63,979 nt of DNA, taken from contig SBAX01000058.1 of NCBI GenBank assembly GCA_005240095.1, forward strand, positions 1-63,979, in the 5' to 3' direction. Positions within the stretch are counted from its first letter, which is position 1; every line of letters begins with the position of its first letter. The stretch comes from Phycisphaera mikurensis (GTDB lineage: Bacteria; Planctomycetota; Phycisphaerae; UBA1845). The notes beneath the pieces were generated by a model that was given only the letters and a program-made list of their open reading frames with translations, was not told where the DNA came from and did no database searches. The position numbers and the translations under genes are program-made. This document shows positions 26,037-33,461 of this stretch, in pieces.

Positions 26037-26206
26037 GCGACGACCTCCGCAGTGGCATGATCCGCTACCACCCCGACCTCACCCGACTGCGCCCGCAGGA
26101 CAGCCTGGCAAACCTGCTCACAGACCAGCGCTCCGAAGGCCTCCCAATCGAGGGCGGTCAGCCCGCTGGGCTCGGCGATTTCTGGTTGCAGCGATCCTGG
26201 TCTCAT
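26033..26206 (-). CDS. Unannotated 57-codon ORF translationally coupled to flgF
   Basis: It falls below the ORF-track size cutoff. ATG 26206 has GGAG about 8 nt upstream. The product is MRPGSLQPEIAEPSGLTALDWEAFGALVCEQVCQAVLRAQSGEVGVVADHATAEVVA. Its TGA (26035-26033) overlaps the flgF ATG (ATGA). By hand count, third-codon positions are about 70 % G/C. Confidence 0.3.
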   Translation of the reverse strand: MRPGSLQPEIAEPSGLTALDWEAFGALVCEQVCQAVLRAQSGEVGVVADHATAEVVA

Positions 26207-26263
26207 GCCCTACTCCGCGAGCGCACCGAAAACGACTGGGCACTCGCCTCCTGCCGCCGTCTA

Positions 26264-26280
26264 ATCAAGGTCCGTGCCAG
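26264..26280 (-). promoter_or_regulatory. Sigma-54-type -24/-12 element CTGGCACGGACCTTGAT upstream of the flgF operon
   Basis: On the minus strand the sequence is TGGCACG-N4-TTGA, against the consensus TGGCACG-N4-TTGC(A/T); only the -12 C differs. It lies about 58 nt upstream of the small-ORF ATG. Confidence 0.4.
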
Positions 26281-26527
26281 GCGAGAGATAGGTTTGAGTC
26301 AAAGCGAACGATCGGGCACTGTAAGTCATTATGGGACAATAACTTACGGCGTTTCCGCGGCGACCCGAATCTCCCCTCTTCCCTCGCGCAGACGGCCTGC
26401 TTTCGCGCAGGTCTTGCCCGCCAAGCGGCAACCTCCGCGTCCCGCGAGAGCCCCCAAGTTGCCTTTGACCGGCTGGCCGCCACGGGGAAGATGCGGCTCG
26501 CCGAACTAACCGTGGAGTCGGATAACG

Positions 26528-27220
26528 ATGATCCTGCCGCCCGCGCTACATTCCTGGTCGCTGACGCCGCGTGAGGCCGTAGCCGTGCAACGCAGGCTCG
26601 CCGAACGGGTGTTGTGTCAAGGCAGCGTGCGGCGATGGCGACTGGTGGCCGGGGCGGACCTGGCCTTCACGCCTGACGCAGCAGAGTGCATCGCCGCGAT
26701 CGTGCTCTGGGACGCGAAGACGCGATCCGTCATCGAGCAGCAGGTAGTCCGCAAACCCGCCACCTTCCCCTACGTGCCGGGCCTGCTCACCTTCCGCGAA
26801 GCACCGGCGATCCTGGCCGCGGTGAGGAAGCTGGAGACTGAGCCCGATGTGTTCATGTTCGACGGGCAGGGCTTCGCCCATCCCCGGCGGATCGGGCTGG
26901 CCAGTCATCTGGGGTTGTGGCTCGACCGACCCAGCCTGGGATGTGCCAAGACGGTGCTGATCGGCAAATGCGAACCACCGGGCAGGGAAAGAGGCTCGAC
27001 CACTCCGCTGTCGGATAGGGGTGAGCGCATCGGAATGGCTTTACGCACACAGGATGGCGTCAAGCCCGTCTTCGTCAGCGCTGGCCATCGTCTCTCGCTG
27101 CAGAGCGCGGTACGGATCGCCCTGGCCTCCTGCGGGCGCTATCGGCTGCCTGAGCCCACAAGACTGGCGGACAAGCTGGTCCGCCGCATGCACGCCGAGC
27201 TGACCCTCCCATGCAGCTAG
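26528..27220 (+). CDS. nfi: Endonuclease V
   Basis: 230 aa. The motif is GADLAF.....AAIVLWD...........FPYVPGLLTFREAPAILAAV......PDVFMFDGQGFAHPRRIGLASHLG..LDRPSLGCAK. Confidence 0.9.
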   Translation: MILPPALHSWSLTPREAVAVQRRLAERVLCQGSVRRWRLVAGADLAFTPDAAECIAAIVLWDAKTRSVIEQQVVRKPATFPYVPGLLTFREAPAILAAVRKLETEPDVFMFDGQGFAHPRRIGLASHLGLWLDRPSLGCAKTVLIGKCEPPGRERGSTTPLSDRGERIGMALRTQDGVKPVFVSAGHRLSLQSAVRIALASCGRYRLPEPTRLADKLVRRMHAELTLPCS

Positions 27221-27588
27221 ACGAACGATTTCGTCCTGCCGAGCGCCTGCGTCGCAAGGCCGACTTCGACCGCGTGTTCGCCTCGCGGCGGTCGGCGGCG
27301 GACGACGTTCTGGTGGTCTACGTCGCGGACAACGGCTTGGCGTTCAGTCGGTTGGGGGTGAGTGTGAGCAAGCGGATCGGTAACGCCGTGCGGCGACACT
27401 ACGTCCGCCGGCGAGTCCGCGAAGCTTTCCGTCGCAACAAGCGCGAGCTGTCCGCCGGGCTGGACATTGTCTGCGTAGCCAAGCCGCCTGCCGCCAATCG
27501 CCGCGTGGATGTCGCCGGGGCGTTGCTGGCTCTGGCGGCTAGGGCAGCTTCCCGTCCGTCCGCGGTCCGCACACCGAAAGGGCGCTGA
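27211..27588 (+). CDS. rnpA: RNase P protein component
   Basis: 125 aa, basic. The motifs are ERLRRKADFDRVF... and FSRLGVSVSKRIGNAVRRHYVRRRVREAFR (RNR-type motif). It overlaps the nfi stop by 10 nt. Confidence 0.8.
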   Translation: MQLDERFRPAERLRRKADFDRVFASRRSAADDVLVVYVADNGLAFSRLGVSVSKRIGNAVRRHYVRRRVREAFRRNKRELSAGLDIVCVAKPPAANRRVDVAGALLALAARAASRPSAVRTPKGR

Positions 27589-29977
27589 GGAACGGATCGG
27601 AGATCGACGGCATAGGTCCGCTGGGGTCGAGCACCGTGACGATGGAGTAGGGACCGGCCACCAGCAGCGGAAGCTGGGGCGACAACCGCGAGTCGGTATC
27701 GCTTGCCTGCCGAGCCAGGGCCGCCGCCAGGTCGATCGTGGTAGTCTGCATTACATTGGGGCTGGCGGGCAGCTCCGCAATCATGCGGTGCAGGGCGTCC
27801 CCTTCTGACCCGACGGGCGCCAATCCATCGGCGCTGAGCCAGAATCGCACCACCGCCTGCGGACCCGTCTCCTGGATGCCGCCGCCGTACCATGTAATGG
27901 TCGCCTCGACCGGGGTGGCTCCATCATCCAGCACGGGGATGCAGGTCAAGCCGCCGCCGAGCGCCGCACCTTGAACTTCGACTGCCTGGACAATCCAGAC
28001 GGGTCTGGTGCTTACGATGACCTCGACCTGGCCTGCCTCCACGGTCTCGATCTCAACGTCGAACTGCCGCGGCCACTCTGCATTGGGCACCACGTCCGTG
28101 CGTACCGGCACCGCCTGCGTGCGTAAATCCAAGTCCGGAGGCGGGAAATCCACCGGCGTGGCGTCCACGCGCACCCGCCCGCCATAGTTCAGGTTGCTCA
28201 GGTAGATGCGGCTGGGGGCGCGATCGATGTGGTCCACGACCGACGATTCGAACATCACCGAAAGCTCCTCGGCCGGGGCCACGACGATAGCGCCATCGAT
28301 GTCCAGGGGGCTCACCGTGATTGGAGGAGGCGAAGGCGGTATGGGCGGCTCGATGATAATGATTCCCCCGCCGCTGCCGCCGCTGTTGTCGTTGGAGTTC
28401 CCGTTGTCACTGTTGTCGTTGGTATTGCCGTTGTCGTTGGTGTTCGTGTTGTCATCGGCGTTGTCGTTCGTGTTGTCATCGGTTGTGTTGTCGTTGGTAT
28501 TGCCCGGCGGCTGCGCCGTGGGATTCACCAAGTGCACGAGTCCCGGAGCCCGGGTCAGCAGTTGCGTGAGACCGTCCGAGATGACTCCCACGAGGCGATA
28601 GGTGCCTGCCGGTGTTTCCGCAGGAATCCCCAGGGTGATCGAGTCCCCGGGTCCTTCGGAATCCTCACCCAACGAGGCCACCAGCAACAGCTCGTCGCCG
28701 TCCAAGGGCACGTTGCCCACGTCAGGATCAAGCAGAAGAGAGATTCGAGCATCGTCGTTGGCGTCGGCATCCTCCCAGCGGATCAGCAGCGTCCGCCCGA
28801 CGATCACTTGCGTGTCCTGCTCGGGCTGCAGGAGGGTCAGCACGGGAGGATCATTATTGGGGTCGGGGAGGATCTTCACCGCCCGATCAACGCGATCGGT
28901 GCCGATCAACTGACCATCATCGATGGTGGCCACCAGATCGTAGAAGCCCGGCAAAGCCCCGCGAATGACCACGTTGGTCGCGTCAGCGGTGGTTCCATCG
29001 GGGTTCTCGGCGATCGGCGGGGCGATGGACAGCACGTGGGCCACCACATCAGCACGCTGCGAAGAAGCCAGCTCGAAGGTGATCGTGGCGTTGTCGTCAG
29101 GGTCGGTGTCGTTCCACGCCAGACTCAGGAAGTCGCCATTGCGTAGCTCAACCGTGCTGCCGGGGGACTGAATCTCAACCGCCGGCGTCACGTTGTCGGG
29201 ATCGCGAACCACGCGAATCTGCCCGGGGGCGGCCGAAACCGCGGAACGGGAGCCGTCCTCAATGACCGCCAGAACGTCGTAGAGACCTGGTTCGACGTCC
29301 TGCACGACCACCCGCAACTCGTCGTTGATGCCATCCAGCAGGGCACCGATCCCCGGACCGACGGCCACGCGATCCGCGGCACTATTGGAGCCCACGGGGC
29401 GCATGAACACCGTAACGATCGTCCCGCTCGAGCCGCCCGCGTCCGTCCATCGGGCGGTAAAGGTGGAGCCCAAGGCCACGGTCAGTTCGCCGGATGGCTC
29501 GACGAGGGTCACACGCGGAGCAACCGGCGAAGGGGTCACCGGGTCGATGGGGTCGGGATCCAGAGCATCCTGCAGGATGTACTCGGCGGGGATATCGGCA
29601 TCGAAGTCCACGCCGAAGACGAAGACCACTTCTTCGATGGCATCGCCTCGGCTATCCACGCCGGAGACCTCCAGAGTCTGGGCCGACTCCGGGCTGGTGA
29701 CAGTGGTAATCGTATCGGGAAGGACGCGGACGAAAGCCAGATGCACGATCTTGGAATCGCGGACGAAACGCAGGGTCACATCCGCCCGGGCCGAGCTTTC
29801 GTTGCGGACGCGGGCGCTCACCGCGGCCTGCGGCACGACCGGCGAGCCATCGTCGGGCACGTCGCCGACCGACGGACCGCCGTCACCCGACGTCAGATCG
29901 GGGATCGACGCTGAGTTGCAACTCAGGGGCAACCATGCGATCAAGCCACACGCACACAGCACTCTGATGCGCTTCAT
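27539..29977 (-). CDS. Large secreted lipoprotein with three tandem ~100-aa beta-type repeats and an Asn/Asp/Thr-rich tract
   Basis: ATG at 29977 gives MKRIRVLCACGLIAWLPLSC (lipobox). The three repeats share ..(A/I)(R/A)W.D.(D/G)...(A/G)TI(T/S)...., PG.YD(L/V).A.I.DG. No family recognised. Confidence 0.6.
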   Translation of the reverse strand: MKRIRVLCACGLIAWLPLSCNSASIPDLTSGDGGPSVGDVPDDGSPVVPQAAVSARVRNESSARADVTLRFVRDSKIVHLAFVRVLPDTITTVTSPESAQTLEVSGVDSRGDAIEEVVFVFGVDFDADIPAEYILQDALDPDPIDPVTPSPVAPRVTLVEPSGELTVALGSTFTARWTDAGGSSGTIVTVFMRPVGSNSAADRVAVGPGIGALLDGINDELRVVVQDVEPGLYDVLAVIEDGSRSAVSAAPGQIRVVRDPDNVTPAVEIQSPGSTVELRNGDFLSLAWNDTDPDDNATITFELASSQRADVVAHVLSIAPPIAENPDGTTADATNVVIRGALPGFYDLVATIDDGQLIGTDRVDRAVKILPDPNNDPPVLTLLQPEQDTQVIVGRTLLIRWEDADANDDARISLLLDPDVGNVPLDGDELLLVASLGEDSEGPGDSITLGIPAETPAGTYRLVGVISDGLTQLLTRAPGLVHLVNPTAQPPGNTNDNTTDDNTNDNADDNTNTNDNGNTNDNSDNGNSNDNSGGSGGGIIIIEPPIPPSPPPITVSPLDIDGAIVVAPAEELSVMFESSVVDHIDRAPSRIYLSNLNYGGRVRVDATPVDFPPPDLDLRTQAVPVRTDVVPNAEWPRQFDVEIETVEAGQVEVIVSTRPVWIVQAVEVQGAALGGGLTCIPVLDDGATPVEATITWYGGGIQETGPQAVVRFWLSADGLAPVGSEGDALHRMIAELPASPNVMQTTTIDLAAALARQASDTDSRLSPQLPLLVAGPYSIVTVLDPSGPMPSISDPFLSALSVCGPRTDGKLP
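28368..28506. repeat. Degenerate GTTGTCGTTGGT-type tandem repeats inside the lipoprotein CDS
   Basis: The DNA reads ..gttgtcgttggagtt..gttgtcactgttgtcgttggtattgccgttgtcgttggtgtt.. and encodes, on the minus strand, NTNDNTTDDNTNDNADDNTNTNDNGNTNDNSDNGNSNDNSGGSGGG. Confidence 0.8.
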
Positions 29978-30323
29978 GGCTCGAACTCCCTCGCCCCCAA
30001 CCAAACCCCTCAAAGCTCTAAGCCGCTAAAGGCCGGCGCGGCTCACGCCCTGCACAGACTTTTCCTGCGTCGTTCCCTGACGTCTCCTTGGCCGTTGCTG
30101 ACTTGGCTCCCTCCGCGAAAGGAACCTGGGCCCACGCGGGCGCGCCCGCTGCGCCGCCGACCCCGCCCTGTGATCACAATCGTTCCTCTTATAGGAGCTT
30201 ACACAGATTCGGACCCTAAATCAAATGTTAAAACGGGAAAGACGCCGGACCGGCGGACTGCCCAGGACAGCCCGGCGGCGGTACAATCCGCCCCGCTCCA
30301 ACGTTCGGCGCCGTCGCCGGGCC

Positions 30324-30359
30324 TTTTTTTGCGGTTTTTTTTCGGGAAGGACGGTTTTT
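30324..30359 (+). other. Three T-tracts (T7, T8, T5) within 36 nt directly upstream of the E1-alpha start
   Basis: The tracts are at 30324-30330, 30335-42 and 30355-59. This is striking in a ~64 % GC background. GGAAGGA at 30345-51 probably serves as the RBS. Confidence 0.6.
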
Positions 30360-30364
30360 GTTCT

Positions 30365-31459
30365 GTGCCCAGAACACCCATCAAAGTAAAGCCCAAGGTC
30401 GAGTACCTCTCCATTCTGGACGGCAGCGGCAAGGTCGATGAAACGCTCGACCCCAAGCTGGACTCGGATCGCTCGATCTACCTTTACCGCCTGATGCTGA
30501 TCGCCCGGCGGCTGGACGAGCGGTGCATCAACATGCAGCGTCAGGGGCGGATCGGCACCTACGGTCCCTGCCGCGGGCAGGAGGCCACCCACTGCGCGTC
30601 CTGCATCTGCATGGAGAAAGAGGACTGGATCGTCCACGCCTTCCGCGAACCCGGCTCCTTCTATCATCGCGGCTGGCCGTTGGAGACGGTCCTGCTGTTC
30701 TGGGGCGGATATGAAGAGGGCTGCTGCCCGCCGGAGGGCGCCCGCGACCTGCCCATTGCCGTGCCCATCGCAACACAGTGCCCGCACGCCATGGGCATCG
30801 CCTGGGCCATGAAGCTCCGCGGCGACAAGCACGCCGTACTGTGCTACTGCGGCGAGGGCGGCACCAGCGAAGGCGATTTCCACGAGGCCATGAACTTCGC
30901 CGGGGTATACAACCTGCCGGTGGTCTTCCTGATCCAGAACAACCAGTGGGCCATCTCCATCCCCCGCGACAAGCAGACGGCTTCGGAGACCATCGCCCAG
31001 AAGGCCCTGGCCTATGGCTTCGATGGCATTCAGGTCGACGGCAACGATCCCCTTGCGGTGTACGTGGCCACCAAGGAGGCCATAGAGAACGCCAAGAAGG
31101 ACGGCGGTCCCACGCTCATCGAGGCGGTCACCTATCGCCTCAGCGTCCACACCACGGCCGACGATCCCACCAAGTATCGCTCCGACGACGAGGTAAAGAA
31201 GTGGGAGAAGCTCGATCCCATCCCGCGGTTCCAGAAGTACCTGGTGGAACGCAAGATCCTCAACCCCAAGCTCATCGAGGAGATCGAAGCCGATGTCCAG
31301 GCCAAGGTCGCCGAGGCCGTCGATCGCTACGAATCCAAACGCGAGGTCGATCCTCTGGAATGCTTCGACTACATGTACGCCAATCTCCCCCCGGAGCTGC
31401 AGAAGCAACGCGAAGAGTTCGCCGCCTGCCTCCAGCGCGAAGGGGTCAAAGGTCACTAG
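30365..31459 (+). CDS. Thiamine-diphosphate-dependent 2-oxoacid dehydrogenase E1 alpha subunit (PdhA/BkdA type)
   Basis: I prefer the GTG at 30365, which gives 364 aa. Motifs are YRLMLIARRLDERCINMQRQGRIGTYGPCRGQEA and YCGEGGTSEGDFHEAMNFAGVYNLPVVFLIQNNQWAIS (TPP-binding GDG..N motif region). The track ORF upstream of 30365 is Arg/Pro junk. Confidence 0.8.
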   Translation: MPRTPIKVKPKVEYLSILDGSGKVDETLDPKLDSDRSIYLYRLMLIARRLDERCINMQRQGRIGTYGPCRGQEATHCASCICMEKEDWIVHAFREPGSFYHRGWPLETVLLFWGGYEEGCCPPEGARDLPIAVPIATQCPHAMGIAWAMKLRGDKHAVLCYCGEGGTSEGDFHEAMNFAGVYNLPVVFLIQNNQWAISIPRDKQTASETIAQKALAYGFDGIQVDGNDPLAVYVATKEAIENAKKDGGPTLIEAVTYRLSVHTTADDPTKYRSDDEVKKWEKLDPIPRFQKYLVERKILNPKLIEEIEADVQAKVAEAVDRYESKREVDPLECFDYMYANLPPELQKQREEFAACLQREGVKGH

Positions 31460-31507
31460 CCCGCGGGAGATCCCGCGACGCGAGAGGGCCAGCGTGAGTG
31501 CAGGTCG

Positions 31508-31540
31508 TTCTCCCTCTCCGGGAGAGGGCCGGGGTGAGGG
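31508..31540. repeat. Dispersed GC hairpin element, copy 2 (TTCTCCCTCTCC-G-GGAGAGGG-CCGGGGTGAGGG)
   Basis: It aligns with 18618-18656 apart from a 4-nt loop deletion and one T/C difference. It lies 50 nt downstream of the E1-alpha stop. Confidence 0.7.
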
Positions 31541-32006
31541 CATGGGGAGGCCAAATACACCGCAGTGAATCGAAACCCTTCCTCGAAATGGGTCGATACG
31601 CCTTGCAGAGGCGTACGACCATTGGTTCCATTGATTCGCATCCAAGCCACCCTTCTCGCCTTAGGCCTGCTCCTGGGCCTTGCAATCAGAGCGCAACCAG
31701 GCCCAGACAACCCGGTCTCAACCGGCCGCTATCAGATCGCGCTGTAACGTCGCCCCTTGTGGGCGGCGGCGGATGTCCACAGTGAACGTCGACTGCCAAG
31801 CTTCGCGAAACCCACAAGGAGCACATTGGGGCTGCGCGAAACGATATCTATCGGAATGCGTGCCCAATAGTGGCACGATAACAGCGCGGGAGAGCTCAAG
31901 ATGGTTAGACCGAGGCCGATCGCTAGGGCTCGAGACTTCGTTCTCCAAACGCCTATGACAACATTGGAATCTGACAGTCAAGCACCGCATTCGCTGCACC
32001 GCTGAC

Positions 32007-32312
32007 TTACGGATCCGTCAAGTCGTAACCACATGCCCGACAGTGCGGGCTCGTTCCGACGCGTTCACCGCGCGTACCTTTGCGGATCAGGCGGATACCA
32101 ATCAACAGGCAGGCACCAAGGAAAGGAACACCGATCAGCCCGGCCGGAACCATAGTAATCTTCCAACCAAGTATATGGCTGCTATTCGGGGAGGCAATCT
32201 CCTGGAGGCGATGATCGAACGTATGAGCGGCAGGGCTCTTGTTGCGCCCACGCATTTCGATCATCGAGACCCCACCCAGCGCTTGCGCGATGGATGGGGC
32301 ACCCTGGGGCAC
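32007..32312 (-). CDS. Doubtful small membrane protein (TM helix plus C-terminal CxxC: SPHCRACGYDL)
   Basis: The ORF begins 4 nt after the prfB stop on the same strand. The likelier start is the internal MVPAGLIGVPFLGACLLIGIRLI. GC is lower, and there is no family support. Confidence 0.25.
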   Translation of the reverse strand: MPQGAPSIAQALGGVSMIEMRGRNKSPAAHTFDHRLQEIASPNSSHILGWKITMVPAGLIGVPFLGACLLIGIRLIRKGTRGERVGTSPHCRACGYDLTDP

Positions 32313-32315
32313 CCC

Positions 32316-33429
32316 CTATTGGTGTCTCGCCGCCGCCCTGTGGCGGAGCATGGCGTCGATGAAGGGTTGGATTTCGCCGTCGAGGACGCCCTGGGTGTCG
32401 GCGGTGGTGTGGCCGGTGCGGGCGTCCTTGACCCGCTGCTCAGGGTAAAGGAAGTAGCTGCGGATGGCGTTGCCCCAGCCGATCTGACCCTTCTCGCTGT
32501 AGGTCTTACTGAACTCGCTGGTGCGCCGGGCCTGTTCGATCTGGTACAAGCGGGCGAGAAGCATCTTCTGAGCGGTAGCCCGGTTCTTGTGCTGGGAGCG
32601 TTCGTTCTGGCACTGAGCCACGACCCCCGTGGGCAGGTGCGTCAGGCGCACGGCGGACTCCGTCTTGTTGACGTGCTGCCCGCCCTTGCCGCCGGCGCGA
32701 TAGGTGTCCTCCCGGACGTCCTTGTCCCAGTCGATCTCGATGTCGATGTCGTCGATCTCCGGCTGGACGTCGACGGAGGCGAAGCTGGTCTCCCGCTTGC
32801 CCTGGGCGCTAAAGGGCGAAATCCGCACCAACCGGTGGACGCCGGTCTCGCAGGAGAGGTATCCGAAGGCGTGGGGGCCCTTGACCAGCAGGCTGCACGA
32901 CTGGATGCCGGCCTCCTCGCCGTCGCGCTTGGCGAGCTCCTCGACTTCGAAGTCGCGGCGCTCGAAGTAGCGCAGGTACATACGAAAGAGCATTTCCGCC
33001 CAGTCGCAGGCGTCGGCCCCGCCGGTGCCCGCCTGGATGTTGAAATAGCAGTTCCGCTCGTCGTTGGGTCCGGAGAGCAGAGTGAGCAGCTCGACCCGGC
33101 CCACTTCCGTGGAGAGGCCTTCGACGCCCTCATCGAGCTCGGCGCGGACGTGCTCATCCTCGGCTTCTTCCAGAAGCTGGGCCATGGCTTCGAGGTCTTC
33201 AAAGCGGGTGGTGAGCTTGCGGACGGGCTCCACGATGGCCCGGATGGACTTCAGCTCGGTGACGGTGTCCCGGGCGGCCTCAGGGTTATCCCAGAAGCCG
33301 GGGGCGGCCATCTTCTGCTCGACGGTGCTGAGCGTCTCCAGCTTTTTGGGGAAGTCAAAGAGAGTCCCGGATGGCGACAATCCGGGCCGAAAGGTCCTTC
33401 AGGGTTGCAACGGAATCTTCAACGGGCAT
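32316..33429 (-). CDS. prfB: Peptide chain release factor 2, expressed through a programmed +1 frameshift (join 33429..33358, 33356..32316)
   Basis: Motifs are SPF, GGQ (YRAGGKGGQHVNKTESAVRLTHLPTG) and QCQNERSQHKN. Upstream, frame 0 reads ATG(33429) MPVEDSVATLKDLSARIVAIRDSL and ends in CTT TGA C (33360-33354). Shifting +1 continues as DFPKKLETL.., which is the track ORF frame. Confidence 0.9.
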
Positions 33430-33461
33430 TCGCGAGTTACCAGTTACGAGCTACCAGTTAC

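Noticed and set aside
26057-26509. A 150-aa plus-strand ORF filling the flgF / nfi divergent region.
   Set aside because: Its composition is Arg/Pro/Ser-rich, it has no RBS or motif, and it overlaps the better-supported small ORF and the promoter elements on the other strand.
28368-28506. Short periodic DNA repeats here, and the 8-mer array at 39861-39900, considered as possible CRISPR or minisatellite arrays.
   Set aside because: The units are 8-12 nt with no spacer/repeat alternation. The first array lies inside a CDS and simply encodes an N/D/T low-complexity tract. Neither is CRISPR.
31565-31747. A 60-codon ORF with a signal-peptide-like core (TLLALGLLLGLAIRAQ).
   Set aside because: The N-terminal part is Arg/Pro-rich junk, there is no RBS, and the ORF ends abruptly. 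It is more likely a remnant of a decayed secreted-protein gene than a functional small protein.
31541-32006. The 31.5-32.0 kb gap was searched by eye for RNase P RNA, tmRNA, SRP RNA or 6S RNA.
   Set aside because: I found no GAGGAAAGTCC-type P4 motif, no tRNA-like 3' end with a tag ORF, and no SRP domain-IV motif. Only small local hairpins are present (for example CGTGCC-CAATAGT-GGCACG at ~31859-31877). A covariance-model scan is needed before calling any RNA.
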